Positions 23,730 to 36,430 of a stretch of 64,000 bases of DNA are shown piece after piece. The position numbers and the translations under genes are program-made. A model generated the notes under the pieces. The model worked only from the letters and a program-made list of their open reading frames with translations. It made no database searches and was not told the origin of the DNA. The stretch lies in assembly GCF_018350175.1 (NCBI RefSeq), contig NC_058368.1, forward strand, positions 237,834,001-237,898,000. Reading direction: 5' to 3'. The stretch's first letter is position 1; each line of letters starts with the position of its first letter. Source of the DNA: Felis catus. Taxonomy: Eukaryota.

Positions 23730-24541
23730 AAGAAGCAAAGTGCTGGCTGGGGAGGGAGGCCACCTGTCCAGGGTCCCAAGGACCACGTATCTCAATGGTC
23801 AAGACGGAACCAAGTTGCTGTGTCCCCGACACACAGATGGGAGGTCTGCTTCCCTCTGTCTCTGCTTTGCTTCAAGAGCCTGTGCTGATTTTAATCCCCA
23901 AATGGCCCAGTTGGCTTCTGAAAATAATGGAAAAGAAAATAATTAACAGCTGTCAGCGCAGAGGGGGGCAAACACCCAGCACTGTCTCTGGTGTCGATTT
24001 CTGGCTGGTGGTCATAAAAGCGATATTAACTCCAAAGTAAACTTGAACATTTAAATACATATTTTCAGCTCCTCAAAAGTTGCTGCCACAGTCTTGCTTT
24101 AGGGACGGCATCGCCACCCTTGCCCAGCACTGAGTCTCGTGTGCAGAAATGACCCCGCTGAACTTCGCAGAATTCGTTCAAACGTTCCACGTTTGTCCTT
24201 GTGGGGGTGGGTGACACGGGGAGACCCGCTCACGCCGGCGCTGCCGATGGGAACTTGTCACCTTTGCCTCCTGTTTATACTGAATCGCACAGCCGGAAAG
24301 GTGATGGGAAATCTACAAATGCACTGTCAGATACGTGCCAGGGACTAGACGTCCAGGGACACAGGGTGTAGACGGACAGAGGTGTGTGTCCGTGTGTGTG
24401 TGTTTTCTTGCTATTGACTCCCGAAGAATGAACCACTGGCTCAGGGTTTACAGCCCCGTGATGGTGGCCACACCTACATTCAAGGACCATGTGTCACTCT
24501 CTGCCTCAATGTTCACTCAAGGTGTTGATGGCATTTCAGAG

Positions 24542-24760
24542 GGTATCAGACAGAGAGCTCCGGAGAACAGGTGAGATAGGGAGACAGATTTACGGCAGGG
24601 ACTTGTCTCTCAGTCCACACTAGGGATTGAGCTGGACGCCCAGGAGAGCCTTGCTGTGGCCTTCGTCTGAGTCTGAAAGCCGGGGAGCCAGGAGGGCCAA
24701 TGGTGAAAGTTCCAATCTGAGTCCATGTCCGGAGGCCGTGATGGACCAGTGTCCCAGCTG
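24542..24760 (-). mobile_element. ERVL LTR fragment (MLT2-like)
   Basis: 'gctggacgcccaggagagcc...gtctgagtctgaaagccggggagccaggagggccaatggtgaaagttccaatctgagtcc...gaccagtgtcccagct' matches remembered MLT2 reverse-strand motifs. Confidence 0.7.
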
Positions 24761-24900
24761 TGTGACAGTTGGAGAGGGAAGAGGAGGAGACTAGTGTCCC
24801 AGCTGTGTGACAGTCGGGGGAGGGGGGAGAGGAGGAGACCAGTGTCCCAGCTATGTGACAGTCGGGCGGGGGGGAAGGAGGAGGAGACCAGTGTCCCAGC
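24744..24900. repeat. 45-49-bp tandem repeat, 3 units plus partial
   Basis: GAC(C/T)AGTGTCCCAGCT(G/A)TGTGACAGT plus a G/A-rich spacer. Units start at 24744, 24789, 24837 and 24886. Confidence 0.9.
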
Positions 24901-24904
24901 ACAC

Positions 24905-25500
24905 AAATTTCATCCTTTCCAATTGTATGCGTCTAATTTGTTTTGATTGCCTTATTACAGTAAGTGGGATTACTGACACAAAGGTGGGGGAAATAGTCAT
25001 CTTTGCTTTTTTCTGATCGTGGTGGGAAAGGCCTGGGCTCACAACTAGGAATGACGTCAGCTGTAGAATCTTCATGGCTGCCTCTCGTCAAGTTTGTCCC
25101 CTCTACTCTGAGTCTGCTGACAGCTTCTACAGTGAGTGGTGTTGGATTCCGTGAAATACTTTTTCTGGATCTATTAGATATCAGGTCATTTTTATCCCTT
25201 ACTCTACTAATATACGTTACGTGATTTGATTTTTTATTTAAAAGATCAGCTCTCTTGTTGGTATTATCAACAAAATAAAATTGTATAGATTTTAAAGTGT
25301 ATAATGTGGTGTTTTAATATATCTTGTGTAATAAGTAACACAACCAAGTTCATTAATATATCACTCACCTCATATAAGTACCTTTTTGTGAGCCCTGAGA
25401 ACACTGAAGGTGATGTTTGGACTTAAACCAAAAGTGTGTTCCCACTTTGACCTGGTGCACAATCTATTTTCTATGTTGTTGGATTTAACTTAATAATACT
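24905..25500 (-). mobile_element. Degraded L1 fragments (ORF2-derived block with a nested L1MA-type 3' end at ~25240-25410)
   Basis: AT-rich. 'tcctttccaattgtatgcgtctaatttgttttgattgccttatt' (ORF2 reverse strand) and 'aaattgtatagattttaaagtgtataatgtggtgtttt...caagttcattaatatatcactcacctcatataagtacc' (L1MA 3' end). Confidence 0.65.
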
Positions 25501-25828
25501 ACGTGCGTGTGAGTGTGTGTTTTATATATGTTTAAATTGTAAACTTGCATTGATTTATCTTCATATGGAGAATTCTGACGTGCTTGGGTTGCAAGTATTT
25601 TCTTCTAGAGAGATTTTCCTTTGCTTCTATCATTTGCTTAGGATGCATATCAACCTAGTATCTCCTTAATTCAATTTATTGATCTGGATTTCTTATACTC
25701 TACGAGTAGTTAAAATGTGAAATGTCATTCTATCAGAAGGTACAATATGGGCACATGTTTTTAATACATTATTTTCTCTCCTAGACTTATGACGCCATTG
25801 AAAACTTAGGACTTTATTCTCATGTCCC

Positions 25829-26180
25829 TGTGGCAGATACTAATAGTTGCCTATCCCATGTTTATTTTCTCTTCTTCCCTACTTAAAGAATTTGATCCTG
25901 GGTGTATACTTACAAATAACTAGAAAATGACATGTTCAGGCTCCACTGCAAATAGGATTGGTTGATGCAACAGACTTCTGGCCGAGGACACACGTGTAGG
26001 ATTTTACCTGATGGAAACTCCTGGGAAGCTGTCATTCCCTTGACCGAGAGAGACAGATTTATCTTGTGTGCACAAGTAGACTGAAGTGATGTCCAGGTCT
26101 TCCATGGAATCATCTAGACACCCTAGTGGCCCTGGACTGATGACCTCTAGACTTATCGTTAGTCATTTAAGCCTCCATGG
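25829..26180 (+). mobile_element. Ancient ERVL/MaLR LTR remnant (MLT1J/LTR33-like)
   Basis: Starts 'tgtggcagatactaatagttgcctatcc...ttctcttcttcc' and ends 'ccctggactgatgacctctagactt...tttaagcc'. Confidence 0.55.
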
Positions 26181-29100
26181 CGTGCGTGGTTCCTCTAAGA
26201 ACCTCCGAGGTTGGCAGCCTTCCACTGATGGCTCAGTTGGAGGCGGAGCCTTGGTCTACTCCACTCCACTGCTCAGACCAGACCTTGGCCATTTGGGAAA
26301 ACTGGGGACAAAAAAACAGTGCCTGTCTTCTGATTCCTGGAGTCGGCAAAGACCCTTAGGTCAGCCTGGACTCACTTCGGTTTTAACTCCTGTTCTTCGG
26401 CTTTGGAACATTCTCCGCGGAGGAGTTAGTCTCTCCGTACCTGTGTCACTGGCAGGTGAGGGTTCACTGTGTTGGTCCGTGTAGAGAACAGAACGCCACG
26501 GTCCCCACGGTCCGCCTGAGGATCCGTGTGCTAGCGGGGGCCGTGGGTTCACACAGGGTGTGCAGATGGGACTAGAGTTTCAACCTCAGTCTGGCCTATG
26601 GATGCCGCTTCTTCCTGAGCGGGTCCTTACTCTTGGAGACCGACTCAGAGTGCGGTGAGCCTGAGGTCCAGTAGACCAGCCTGAAGCAGGGGGATGAGGG
26701 TGGTGACAGAGGAACGCTAGGGGAGATGGCATGAAGAGACCGGAAGAGGAGAAGCCAGGGAGAGAGATGGAGAAAAGACAGCCAGGAAGCACGTGTTCAG
26801 CCAGACGTTACCGTATTGACGCGACGTAGAGACAACTGGTATTTAGGCTGCTTACAAGCAGCTGAGCATCGCATCCAGCATTACTAACGTGCTGCCTACA
26901 GAAAAGGCAATAAAAATGGGAAGCGTGAGCAATTCTTGGAAACTCCAACCAAAAAGGGGATACCCAGGAAAGTCATGTTTCCGGCCTGGGTCACCCGATC
27001 GTCGTTGGATTAAATTAACTGGGAATATAATTGTGTGCCAGTCTGCAAAGGGTGACCTCTCCTCTCAGGCAAAGCTCCCCTCTGTGGCGGGGACTTGGAA
27101 AAGAGGAATAAATACATTAAAATACTTCCCTGGGTGCTTGGAGAATTTGCAGGGTAATGTCTGTAATGAACTCTAAGCTTCTTAAAAAATAATCCTTGCA
27201 AAATCACACAGGGAGACTCATTATAACGGTGTCCTCAGGAGTAGCCGGGCCAGGTGAGTCGTATGTGGCGTTATAATGATGTCCTGGTAGTATGCAGAGA
27301 AACAGACTCCTGTGGACGCCGTTCAAACAGCCGTTCTGTTGCACAGAAGCCAGGAAGGTCACCTGGCCCCCCGACTGAGAGGGGCTCGCCGACCCGCCTG
27401 GCACCTGTGCCGTGGGCTTTGTGTACAGGTATCTCTAAATCTCCCCTTGTGTGTTTAACAAACTCTTGGTGAACTCCTTCTTTGTGCCAGGGTGTGAAGG
27501 GAGGAGCCCTGGTCTTCAGGTCACTGACAGCGTCTCATGGTAACGCTCATATCTAAACACAAACAGGTGAGCCACTGACCCAAACAGACTCCTGTAAGCA
27601 CTGTGATTTCCACTGTGTCTGTGTGTGTCGGGGGGCGGGGGCGGGGGCGGGGGTTACTCCAAAGGGCGCCACAGATCTTGGAGAGGCAGGGACCTGGGAG
27701 TACATGCGATGTCCCCACGGCTGTGCTTATGAGCCCCAGGGAAACAGGAGGCACCGTCCCCACGCGCCCAGGAGCGTGTGTCTCCGGGGCCAAGTTCTCA
27801 GATGGTTTCCATTTTGAGGCAGGAAGGCGACTGGCAGGTTTTCTAACTGATTCAACTACCTGACTGTTTAAGTGCACCTTGACTCTTCTGCCTCAGTTTC
27901 CCTGTCTGTGGGGTGGGCAGACCGCTGTGGTGATTCGGCACTCTGGCAAGTGCCCTGTTCCGTGTCTGGGGCCACGTGATTACTCCTCCTGGATTTCAGC
28001 AGCTCTTTGGTTTCTTAGGCAGCAGGTGGGGGCGGAGCCACGGGGGCTGGCTGTTCAGGTGAGACCGACCTTGACCCAGTGCGACGCTGGGGCGCCCTGC
28101 CATTTTGTGACACTCTCAGCATCTCTCTGTCAAAGCTCCCCGAGCTTGCGGCCGTTCGGACGGACTTGTGGAGCTCACGTGCAGGGCACGGCAAGGCTGT
28201 CCCCGCGCGCCTGGGACTCTGCTGCTGATTCCCGGCGCCCCCGAGACGCTGCTCGGGGCTGAGGACGTGACGGGCTGGAAGACGCAGAAAGCCCAGCATG
28301 GCACCCCATCGCCAGATTTTAACAGTTACCTGGAAAAACCTCAAACCTTTTACATGCAATTTTCAACGTGAGATTCATTTTAATTTCAATGAACTCGTGT
28401 GCACTCACGTCTTTGTTTAATTCCTGCACCACCCGAAGATCCGGGCTGGATGGGAAGGGATTTGAGCTGCCTCTGCTTCCCGTCCCCCAAGGTTTTTGTC
28501 TGCACGCATTCTCCCAAACTGTCCCCGCCGTGTCCGAGCGCTCCCTTAGCTGAGGATCGCTAATTAGCTGGGCTCCGGGTGAGGCTGGGCCGTCACGGGC
28601 GTGCCTCCCTCCCCACGCTTCCTCCCTCAGTAATAATTAAAAACCAAGGGCCAGATAGTTATACCATTTTGCAGAGACCAGGGTCCACAGTTTCCCTGGA
28701 AATGTCAAGAGTGCGTAAGGTGTGATTCTTCAAAGCATCCCCGGAAAGTTTGCAGGCTCTGGATGTGGCTTCAAGAATTTAAATGAGTTCTGTATTCAAA
28801 TGACCAAGTAAGAGGGCTTTATGGGAGCAGAGGGAGAATGCATGGGTCGCAGCCACCAGAGGAACTTGAACTACACTTAAAACGCATCCCTCGAGGAGGG
28901 ACACAATTTTTTTTCTTCATATCCAAGTGAGTCATTATTTGTTTTATTTGTATCAGAGTTACATAATTTTTAATAAGAGCTACAGAGGACAATTATAAAA
29001 ATTAAGCTAGATGGACGCCTCCTTCTTCAACAGTTTCATCTTACTAAAGAGAATTCTAAAAATACTTTCCCAGCACAAGTGTAACATTTCGCTCTCAGAA

Positions 29101-30531
29101 ATAGTTAAGCAGGAAGCGTGCTTTCTGCAGAATGAATTGTATCTTGCGCGGAGTTAGGGGAATCCACACCGATCCTAGGTGTCTAGAAACTTCTAAACCT
29201 CGACTATTTGGGTTTAAGTATGAAGCGTATGTAATATCACACACAGAGTTTACCGGCGAATATCTTGACTCTATACGTGGAAATCAACAAATGGACTGGG
29301 GTGACGCGTATAAAGTGTGGCCCTGACTCGGGCAGCACGGGCCCCAGCGGCCCTGTCCTGACGGGTCCCGCACCCGCCAAAGCAGCCCCACCTGGAACTT
29401 GAGGCTTGTGCAAATCACCTGCAGTCTCCAGCCCAGAAGATGGGCCGGTGCCCGGCACGTTGTGTTGCCCACACCCGGAGGGCATCCCGATGCAGCAGGA
29501 GAGGACCTGTGGGCTAGGACCCGAGCCACTGCTGATTGCTGGTCTCGCGACTAACGAGGGCCTGATGTCCACCCGTCAGCAGATCCTGAACGCGCGATCT
29601 TGTCCTCTGATCGCACACCCGGTGAGACAATTTGCCGGAATACATTTTTCTAGAGTTTTCCATCACATAATCGGGTCACTTACTGCCCCCTCGCAGAATT
29701 GAGAATCCGTCATTTTGGAGACATAAATGAATGGATCCCCTGTGAGGAAGACAAAGAACACAGGGACCCCCATTTGGTCCTTCATTCACCTTCAGACCCA
29801 GCCGGCTTTTTACATGATTATTATTATTATTATTATTACTATTGTTTATAGTGTAGTTATGTTTATATTATCATTTTATTTTATTTTTATTTTTAGTATT
29901 ATTTTATAGTGACTTTTATCATATAGACCCTGATTCTTAGAACTCTCACATAGTTTATGTTTGGAGATACAGTAATTTCTTCAGTTCCTACGATATTCCA
30001 GGAAATGCTTCTCTCCTGGAAACAGGTCTTCAATAATAGACAGTAGCTTCAATAGTGGACAGTAGTTTCCAGCAAGGGCCCCAGGGCAGTGTGGCCTGGG
30101 AGCCTCCCCAGGGCCTGCCCAGGGCCTCTGCCTCTGAGAACACTGGCCCCTTCTCTTAGACTGTGGGCTGACCCAGTCATCCTTCTCCGGGGACTTTTCT
30201 ACCTGCAAACTGACCGGTGCCTGTCCCCGGATTGTGAGAAGCATTGTCACCTGAACGGCGGTGCTTTGCAGACCTACTATGTGCCGGGCCCTTGGGGCTA
30301 CAGGCTGAAGACCCTGTCCTGCCTCACAGACCACAACATTTATGAAACGCAGGGGACTGAGTGCAAGGAAGGGCACGGCAGGTGCAGTGTGGGGGATGGG
30401 GAGGGAGAGGGGCAGATGTGGGGCAGCACCTGTCAACTGAAGCATGAGACTCACACAGCCCAAGGTCCAACTTGCAGACATTTGGTGAACTGGTTGTTAA
30501 AACAGCCATTCTTAAAGGTTAAATGATATTA

Positions 30532-30733
30532 GGGCACCCGGGGCAGTTAAGCATCCTACTTTGGCTCGGGTTCGTGAGTTCGAGCCCCACGTCCGGCTCT
30601 GTGCTGACAGCTCGGAGCCTGGAGCCTGCTTTGGATTCTGTGTCTCCCTCTCTCTCTGCCCCTCCCCTGCTCATGCTCATTCTCAATCTCTCTCTCAAAA
30701 CATAAATAAACATTAAAAAAATAAATAAGTAAA
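30532..30733 (+). mobile_element. Feline CAN-SINE with small internal deletions
   Basis: 'gagttcgagccccacgtccggctctgtgctgacagctcggagcctggagcctgc'. TSD AAAG(G/A)TTAAATGATA at 30514-30528 and 30734-30748. Confidence 0.93.
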
Positions 30734-31406
30734 AAAGATTAAATGATACCAATGTATAGCTAAGGGGATGATATTCCAAATATCGAGAGTAAACTTTCAA
30801 AACCCACAGTCTCCTAACTACTTGATTACATTTTCCCCCCACCCAGGCCTTTAGGCTGCTGGTGTCTTTTGTGTGCAGATGCTCGAAGATGTCCGGAGAT
30901 AGTGAGAAATTTGCTGTGCGGAAGTATTCGCACCTCCCAAACTGGTGAGTGCTGCGCATCAGGCTGGACCTGTTGTTTTGTTGACGGTGCACCTTTAAGG
31001 AGCATGGGGACGCGGTAACAGCACAGAACAAGAACCCAGCTGCCGGAGAACCCGCCGACGTCAGAGCAGTTGAAAGCTTGACCTTCCGAAGCACTGAAGA
31101 CTGCAGGGAAAGGTGTCACTTACTTGTAAACGTGTAATTAAAATTACACTGGGAACATCGGGAGGGGCCCGGGGGGGCAGGTCGGAGGAGAGAGACCCCT
31201 GTGACTAAGAACCGCCTCTTTCTCTGAAACACCAGTGTCTCGGAGGCTCGGGGGGCACGCCGGTCCCCTCCCCCTTGGGCAGGTCACGGACCCAGGCCTC
31301 TGGTCCTCTCTCTGCGCCGGTCCTGCCCCTGTTTGCACACGGCACCAACCGCCACATCGCAGCTTCGAGCTGTACGTCCAGCTCACTGCTTCTCACACTT
31401 GCCCGC

Positions 31407-31760
31407 TGTCAGCAGCTGAACCGTGTCCCCCGAAAGGCCCGTTCTGAAGTCTGAACCCCCACGACCTCAGAATGTGACTGTGTTTGAAGAGAGGGTCTTT
31501 AAAGAGGCGATTGAGGTCAAACGAGGCTGTCAGGGGCAGTCCTAATGCAATAGGCCTGGCGTCCTTACACAGAGAGGCGAGCAGGACACAGACGGGTCCA
31601 GGGCTGGCCACGTGAGGGCCCGGCCCAGGAGAGGAGCCGTGGGAGAAGCCGCCGCGAAGACACCTCCGGCACGGACGTCTGGCCTCCAGATCCGCGAGAG
31701 GATAAAACCCGGCCAAGCCGCCAGCCCCCGGTGCCTCGTCAGGGCGGCCCGAGCAGGTTG
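31407..31760 (+). mobile_element. MaLR solo LTR (MLT1B-like)
   Basis: 'gctgaaccgtgtcccc', 'acctcagaatgtgactgtgtttgaagagagggtctttaaagagg', 'tggcgtccttaca', 'tctggcctccaga'. Confidence 0.85.
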
Positions 31761-33330
31761 GCAGGCCCATCGGATGTCCTGACCGCACGTCCCTTCCAGG
31801 CCCCGGATGCTGGCGGGGTCTGGCGCGGAGCCCCGGGGGCGCGTGCCCGCTTACCTAACTTCGTGCGTCCTGCGCCCCCAGACGGGAGGCTGAGGGGGAG
31901 CAGCTTCTGCGGAGTCTCCTGGCGGCCGGGCGCCTCTGGAAAGGACGCCGTTGCGTGCGTTGTTCTCACACAATAGGTTTGGATATTAAAACGAAGGGAG
32001 CCTGGGCACCAAGAGGCAGCGGCGATGCGCCGCTCCAGTTCCATTCCAGCGCGGCCAGTGATGACCGAACGCTGACCGAGGCGCGGGCCTGGGGCGGGTG
32101 CGCCCTTTCAGAGGGCAAGACGCGGTGGCGTCCGACAAAGCAGCGTGTCCCCGAGCTGCGGGCTGACCTTTCCGTGACTGTGTGCGCTGGGCAAGCAGGC
32201 GCGGGGGGGCCTCGCCTGCACTTTACAAAATGAGCCCCCTTTCAGGCGAAACAGCATTATTGATCAAAGCGTGGGATGGCTCTGTGTGTAAAGGGAAGAG
32301 CTGGCTTCCCCCCCATGCCACCCGCGCTCGGGCAGGGACACCCCCTTCTCAGGACCGGGTCACGCTGCATCCGGGGGCCCGGCCTGCAGGGTTAATCACG
32401 GGCTTGCCGTGAGGTTCGGGGGCGGGCCCGGGCCTTGTGACACGCACCGGGATCACTCGCGTGCTGTTCGCGGCCCGAGCTGCAGGCCCGGCCGGCTGGC
32501 GTTTGACACACAGACGGGGAGGTGGCTGGAGCGCCGCACACGGCTGCCACTTCAAAGCCACGGCCCCGCTGGCTCGGTTTACACCTGAGCCAATTAGCCG
32601 GGGAGATCAGAAGAGGCCTGGAAAGGGAGCTGAGCCCTCGGTCCCGGGCTGGGGAGAGTCACTGGATCCCAGGTAAGATGAGACGGCGAGGACAATGGTG
32701 CAGAAAGCGGGGAGGGAAGGCGGCGGCCCCGTCACGGGCTGGTGGGAGCGCCGTGGGCCCGGCCTGCTCTCGGGGTGTCCGTCCGGCTTTTGTCGGCAAC
32801 AAAGGGGCTAATTGAAATGAAACAGTCTGCGGCCTGTTTGTTGGCACATCAAATATGCTGTAAGATATGCTGATTCTTGCTCCTCCTGAATTATTGAACA
32901 TCCCGGCTTCCAGAAATCAGGCAGGCGGGCGGGAGGGCGCGCGGGCGGGGGTGGGGCGGCTTTTGCAAAAGTGACGCTGCTTTGCCGAAGGCAGTGTTTG
33001 CATTCGCTGTTTTCTCAGGGGGGTGGAAAGTAGAACGTTAACAGACGGAGGACGGAGGCGCTCCGGCCGCCCTCCTAGACCCCCGGGGAGCTCAGAAATC
33101 ACACTGTCCCGGCCCCCCGTATGACACGGGGCAGGAGCCACCGGCTGGCTTCCTGACAGTCCTGTCGAGCGCCCTCGGCACAGGGGTGCTGTCCGGCTGG
33201 GGGAGAGCTGGGGGCCTTCACACCTTCCATCGGGCCCGAGAACGCGGCCTACGGGGTCGGTCGGAGCCCCGTGCCTTCTGCAACCTTCTGAGCGGCCCCC
33301 GGGGATGAGTCGACACTTTTCGGCCCTGGT
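31730..33330. promoter_or_regulatory. CpG-island-like region with embedded AT-rich motif clusters
   Basis: Dense CpG and GC boxes ('gggcgggagggcgcgcgggcgggggtggggcgg' at ~32926-32959), with AT-rich cores at ~32220-32290 and ~32790-32900. Confidence 0.55.
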
Positions 33331-33608
33331 GACACAGGACAGAGGGGGCAGAGCTTGGCAGGGAAGGGACGACACGGGAACACGTGTGTGGATCGCAGGG
33401 TCACCACAGAGCTGAGCGTGGACGGAGCTTGAAAGCTCACCTAGAAAATAGGCATGCGCACGTGGGTGTGCCCGTGCCTGAGATAGGCGTGAGGTGAGAC
33501 TCCTGACTCCTAAGGCGAGGTGGGAACGAAGGGGCATTAAGTAGACCCGTGACTTCAGGACCCGAATACAGCGCCCAAACCATTCATTTCTTTGAAGCGC
33601 AAAGTCAC

Positions 33609-33809
33609 GGGGCGCCTGGGAACTCAGTCAGTTAAGCCTCCGACTTTGGCTCAGGTCACGATCTCAGGGGTTCATGAGTTCAAGCCCCGCGTCGGGCTGG
33701 GATTCTCTGTCCTTCTGTCTCTCTGCCCTCCCCTACTTGCACTCTCTCTCTCTCGCTCTCGCTCACTCTCGCTCTCGCTCTCTCAAAAATAAACACTCAA
33801 AAATAAATA
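33609..33809 (+). mobile_element. CAN-SINE with internal deletion
   Basis: Head 'ggggcgcctgggaactcagtcagttaagcctccgact'. TSD AAGC(G/C)CAAAGTCAC(G) at ~33595-33609 and 33810-33824. Confidence 0.92.
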
Positions 33810-34489
33810 AAGCCCAAAGTCACGTCTTGATTAAACCCATCAGTAACTGAAGACACGCTTTTATTTCTGCAGAACGTTCCAACGGCGGTCTTTCTGAATT
33901 TTGCAACAAGACATCTTCTACGTTCCTTAATGATTGCAGGTGGCCGCGTCTCAAGAATATATCCGTAGCTCCTCCTCTGCTGGAATCAGGGCTCCTGCTC
34001 TAATTAAAGAGCTGTCTCTGGGCAGCTCACTTGGGTTTTAGCCAAGACGTGTGTGATTATTTTTCTAATGAAGGGAGGGTGGTGTCCCCAGCTGCCACGG
34101 TGGCGACCACGGCCACTAGACGCAGGACGGGCTGCTGCTGTGGATGGGCCGGACCCCACGTCCCGAGTGAAGCAGGCGTGTTGGGAGGCGGCCCCTCCCG
34201 AGGGGGCCACGTCACTTCCTCCTCCCCGGCCGCGTTCGTCCCGTCCCCTCTGCTTGTGTGTCCTCGCCTCTCAGGCTCATGCCGGACACGGTGCATTTGG
34301 TCGGGATCTTTGGAGAGTTCGTGAAAGGGGAAGGGGGCAAAGGCAGGGTTCCAGATTTTACCTCCGGGATGTGCCGCTTCTCCAGTCTCTTGAGAAAATG
34401 ACTAGATGAGTGAGGGCCGCGGTCAGGTCTTGTCAGTGAGACGAGCTCCTCCCTTCCCCCCGTGTCTGTCACGCTGTCTCCCTCCCTGC

Positions 34490-34690
34490 ACCACCACCAA
34501 CATCCACACGTGTGCACGTACACGCACGCACACGCACGTGCACCACACACACGAACACATGTGCACACACACCATACACATGCACAACACAATGTGCACA
34601 CGCACGCAAACAACTGTGCATATACTCCCCACGCGTGCACACCACGATGTGCATACACGTGCACACACCCACACAGGCACACACACACTC
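34490..34690. repeat. Degenerate (CA)-rich tract
   Basis: Read directly from the sequence. Confidence 0.85.
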
Positions 34691-34982
34691 GAACTCCCCT
34701 TGCCCGGGACTTGCTGAGGGCTCTGGTTGGCTGTGTTGGCGCTTGCCGAGCGGCAGAAGACCCTTCCCGCTCTCCGCACGTCTCAGCACCACCCACTCTT
34801 CCCCGGCCGCCTGCGTGGCCCCCTCTGCAGAGCGCCCCCCGTGGTCCTCTCTGCCAAACGCACAACTTCCAAGCAGCTCCACCGTGTCCTGAGCCCTCAG
34901 CACCTTCTGTCTGCAAAGCCCTGACGGGAGTAGACGTCTCCCGCTCCCACTCATCTCCAAATTCCCTAGCAGGAGGAGTCAC

Positions 34983-35110
34983 TCATTCATTCATTCATTG
35001 ACTCACCCGCTCACTCAACGAGTGTTCAACATCCACCACATGCCAGAGCCTGGGCTGGACCCTGATCAAGAGAGACAGAAGAAGGGGGTCATTTCTGCCA
35101 GGAGACAGAC
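34983..35110 (-). mobile_element. L2 3' end remnant with (CATT)n tail
   Basis: 'tcattcattcattcatt...caacgagtgttcaacatccaccacatgccagagcctgggct'. Confidence 0.5.
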
Positions 35111-36284
35111 ACACGGACAGCTCGACCCCTAAGAGAAGGGGCGGGGAGTGTGCTGGGGCCGACGGGGGACAGCGATCCAGTCTGCAGGACGTCCCCCTCG
35201 TCCTCATCATTATTCAGGGAGTCCTCGTAGTAACACACACAGAAAAATGGTCAACGGCAATGATTCGCAACAGTTGTCATTTTCTTTTCTTTTTGGTGAA
35301 ACTGTGTTATTTTAAATGGCCAAATATCCCCTAGCTAGGGCCCAGGAGTTGGGATGGCCCAGAGCTGCAGAGCTAGGAATGAGATTTTTAAATTCACGGC
35401 TCAAATAACCAACATTTTCATATCCAGATGCCCTTTCCTTCTGACCACTTCCGATTTCACTTGTAGTACTAAAACATACATGTAAGAATCTATTAACAAA
35501 TAACTCAAGGAAAAATGGTGGCATTTTTTGAGTTGCTGATGTAGTTTTCTAAGCCCGTTGGGCGTTTTGCCTGTGGCCGTCCCTCCGCCAAGCCGCAGTG
35601 GATGGCGCTCTGCACCAAGGCACGCGTCGGGTGCTGCTGCACAGGTCCCTGTATTTGGTGAACCAGGGCTTCACGGGCACCCCTTACCCACATTCCCAAG
35701 TTAAAGATAGATGCCACAGCAACTTTAGGGAACAACTCGCCCTCATCTCTTCGGGGTCTGCTGTCTGTTTGAAGGCCAAGTTTATTTATTTTTAAACACA
35801 TAAATCAGGCCCATTGGCGGGTGGACTAGTTAGTGCTGAGATTCATGGTGAACTGAGGGATGTCAACTGCGCCCCCCTACTGGTCTCTGAATTGGTAGCT
35901 GAACTTACCTCTGCTGGTCCAGAGGGCAACCAGAGCTGCAAAGGGGGTGCCGGCACACACACGTTCCTTACACCATCAGCCTTTGACTCTGGATGCTTCT
36001 GTGGAACCTCAACGGCTGTGGTGAGCTATAGAGGCCTTGTAGGAGCCCTAGAACCCCCTATCCTAAAGCTCAGCCTAGAAGGGGTCCAGCCACCCTCACT
36101 GCCCAGCCTCAGCCTTCAGGTCTCGATGAGAGCCGATGGGACAGCCAAGGGACTTGGGGTCCTTGTCACAAAGGAACCAAAGAGTAGTGCTGCCCTCAAC
36201 AAGAGGCCCCACCTCACTGTTCCTGATCTGGTTCCTCCTCCCCAGAGGCCCGAACCGTGGTCGACAGCCCCTTGTAACTACGAT

Positions 36285-36430
36285 GGACCAGGTCTCCAAC
36301 CCTGGCTCTCACCCTCACTGTGTGACTTTATCTGCAAGACAGAAATACCAGATGCCCCTTCCCCTTATAGTTCCTATGGAGATGAAACAGAGCAGCGCAT
36401 GGCTCGGGGCACGGTGTAAGTACTCCCTAC
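36285..36430 (+). mobile_element. MIR remnant
   Basis: 'ccctggctctcaccctcactgtgtgacttt atctgcaagacagaaata...ggcacggtgtaagtactc'. Confidence 0.5.

Noticed and set aside
35868..35884. CTCF-like motif (CCAGTAGGGGGGCGC on the - strand)
   Set aside because: One extra G disrupts the core spacing. It cannot be supported without PWM scoring or ChIP.
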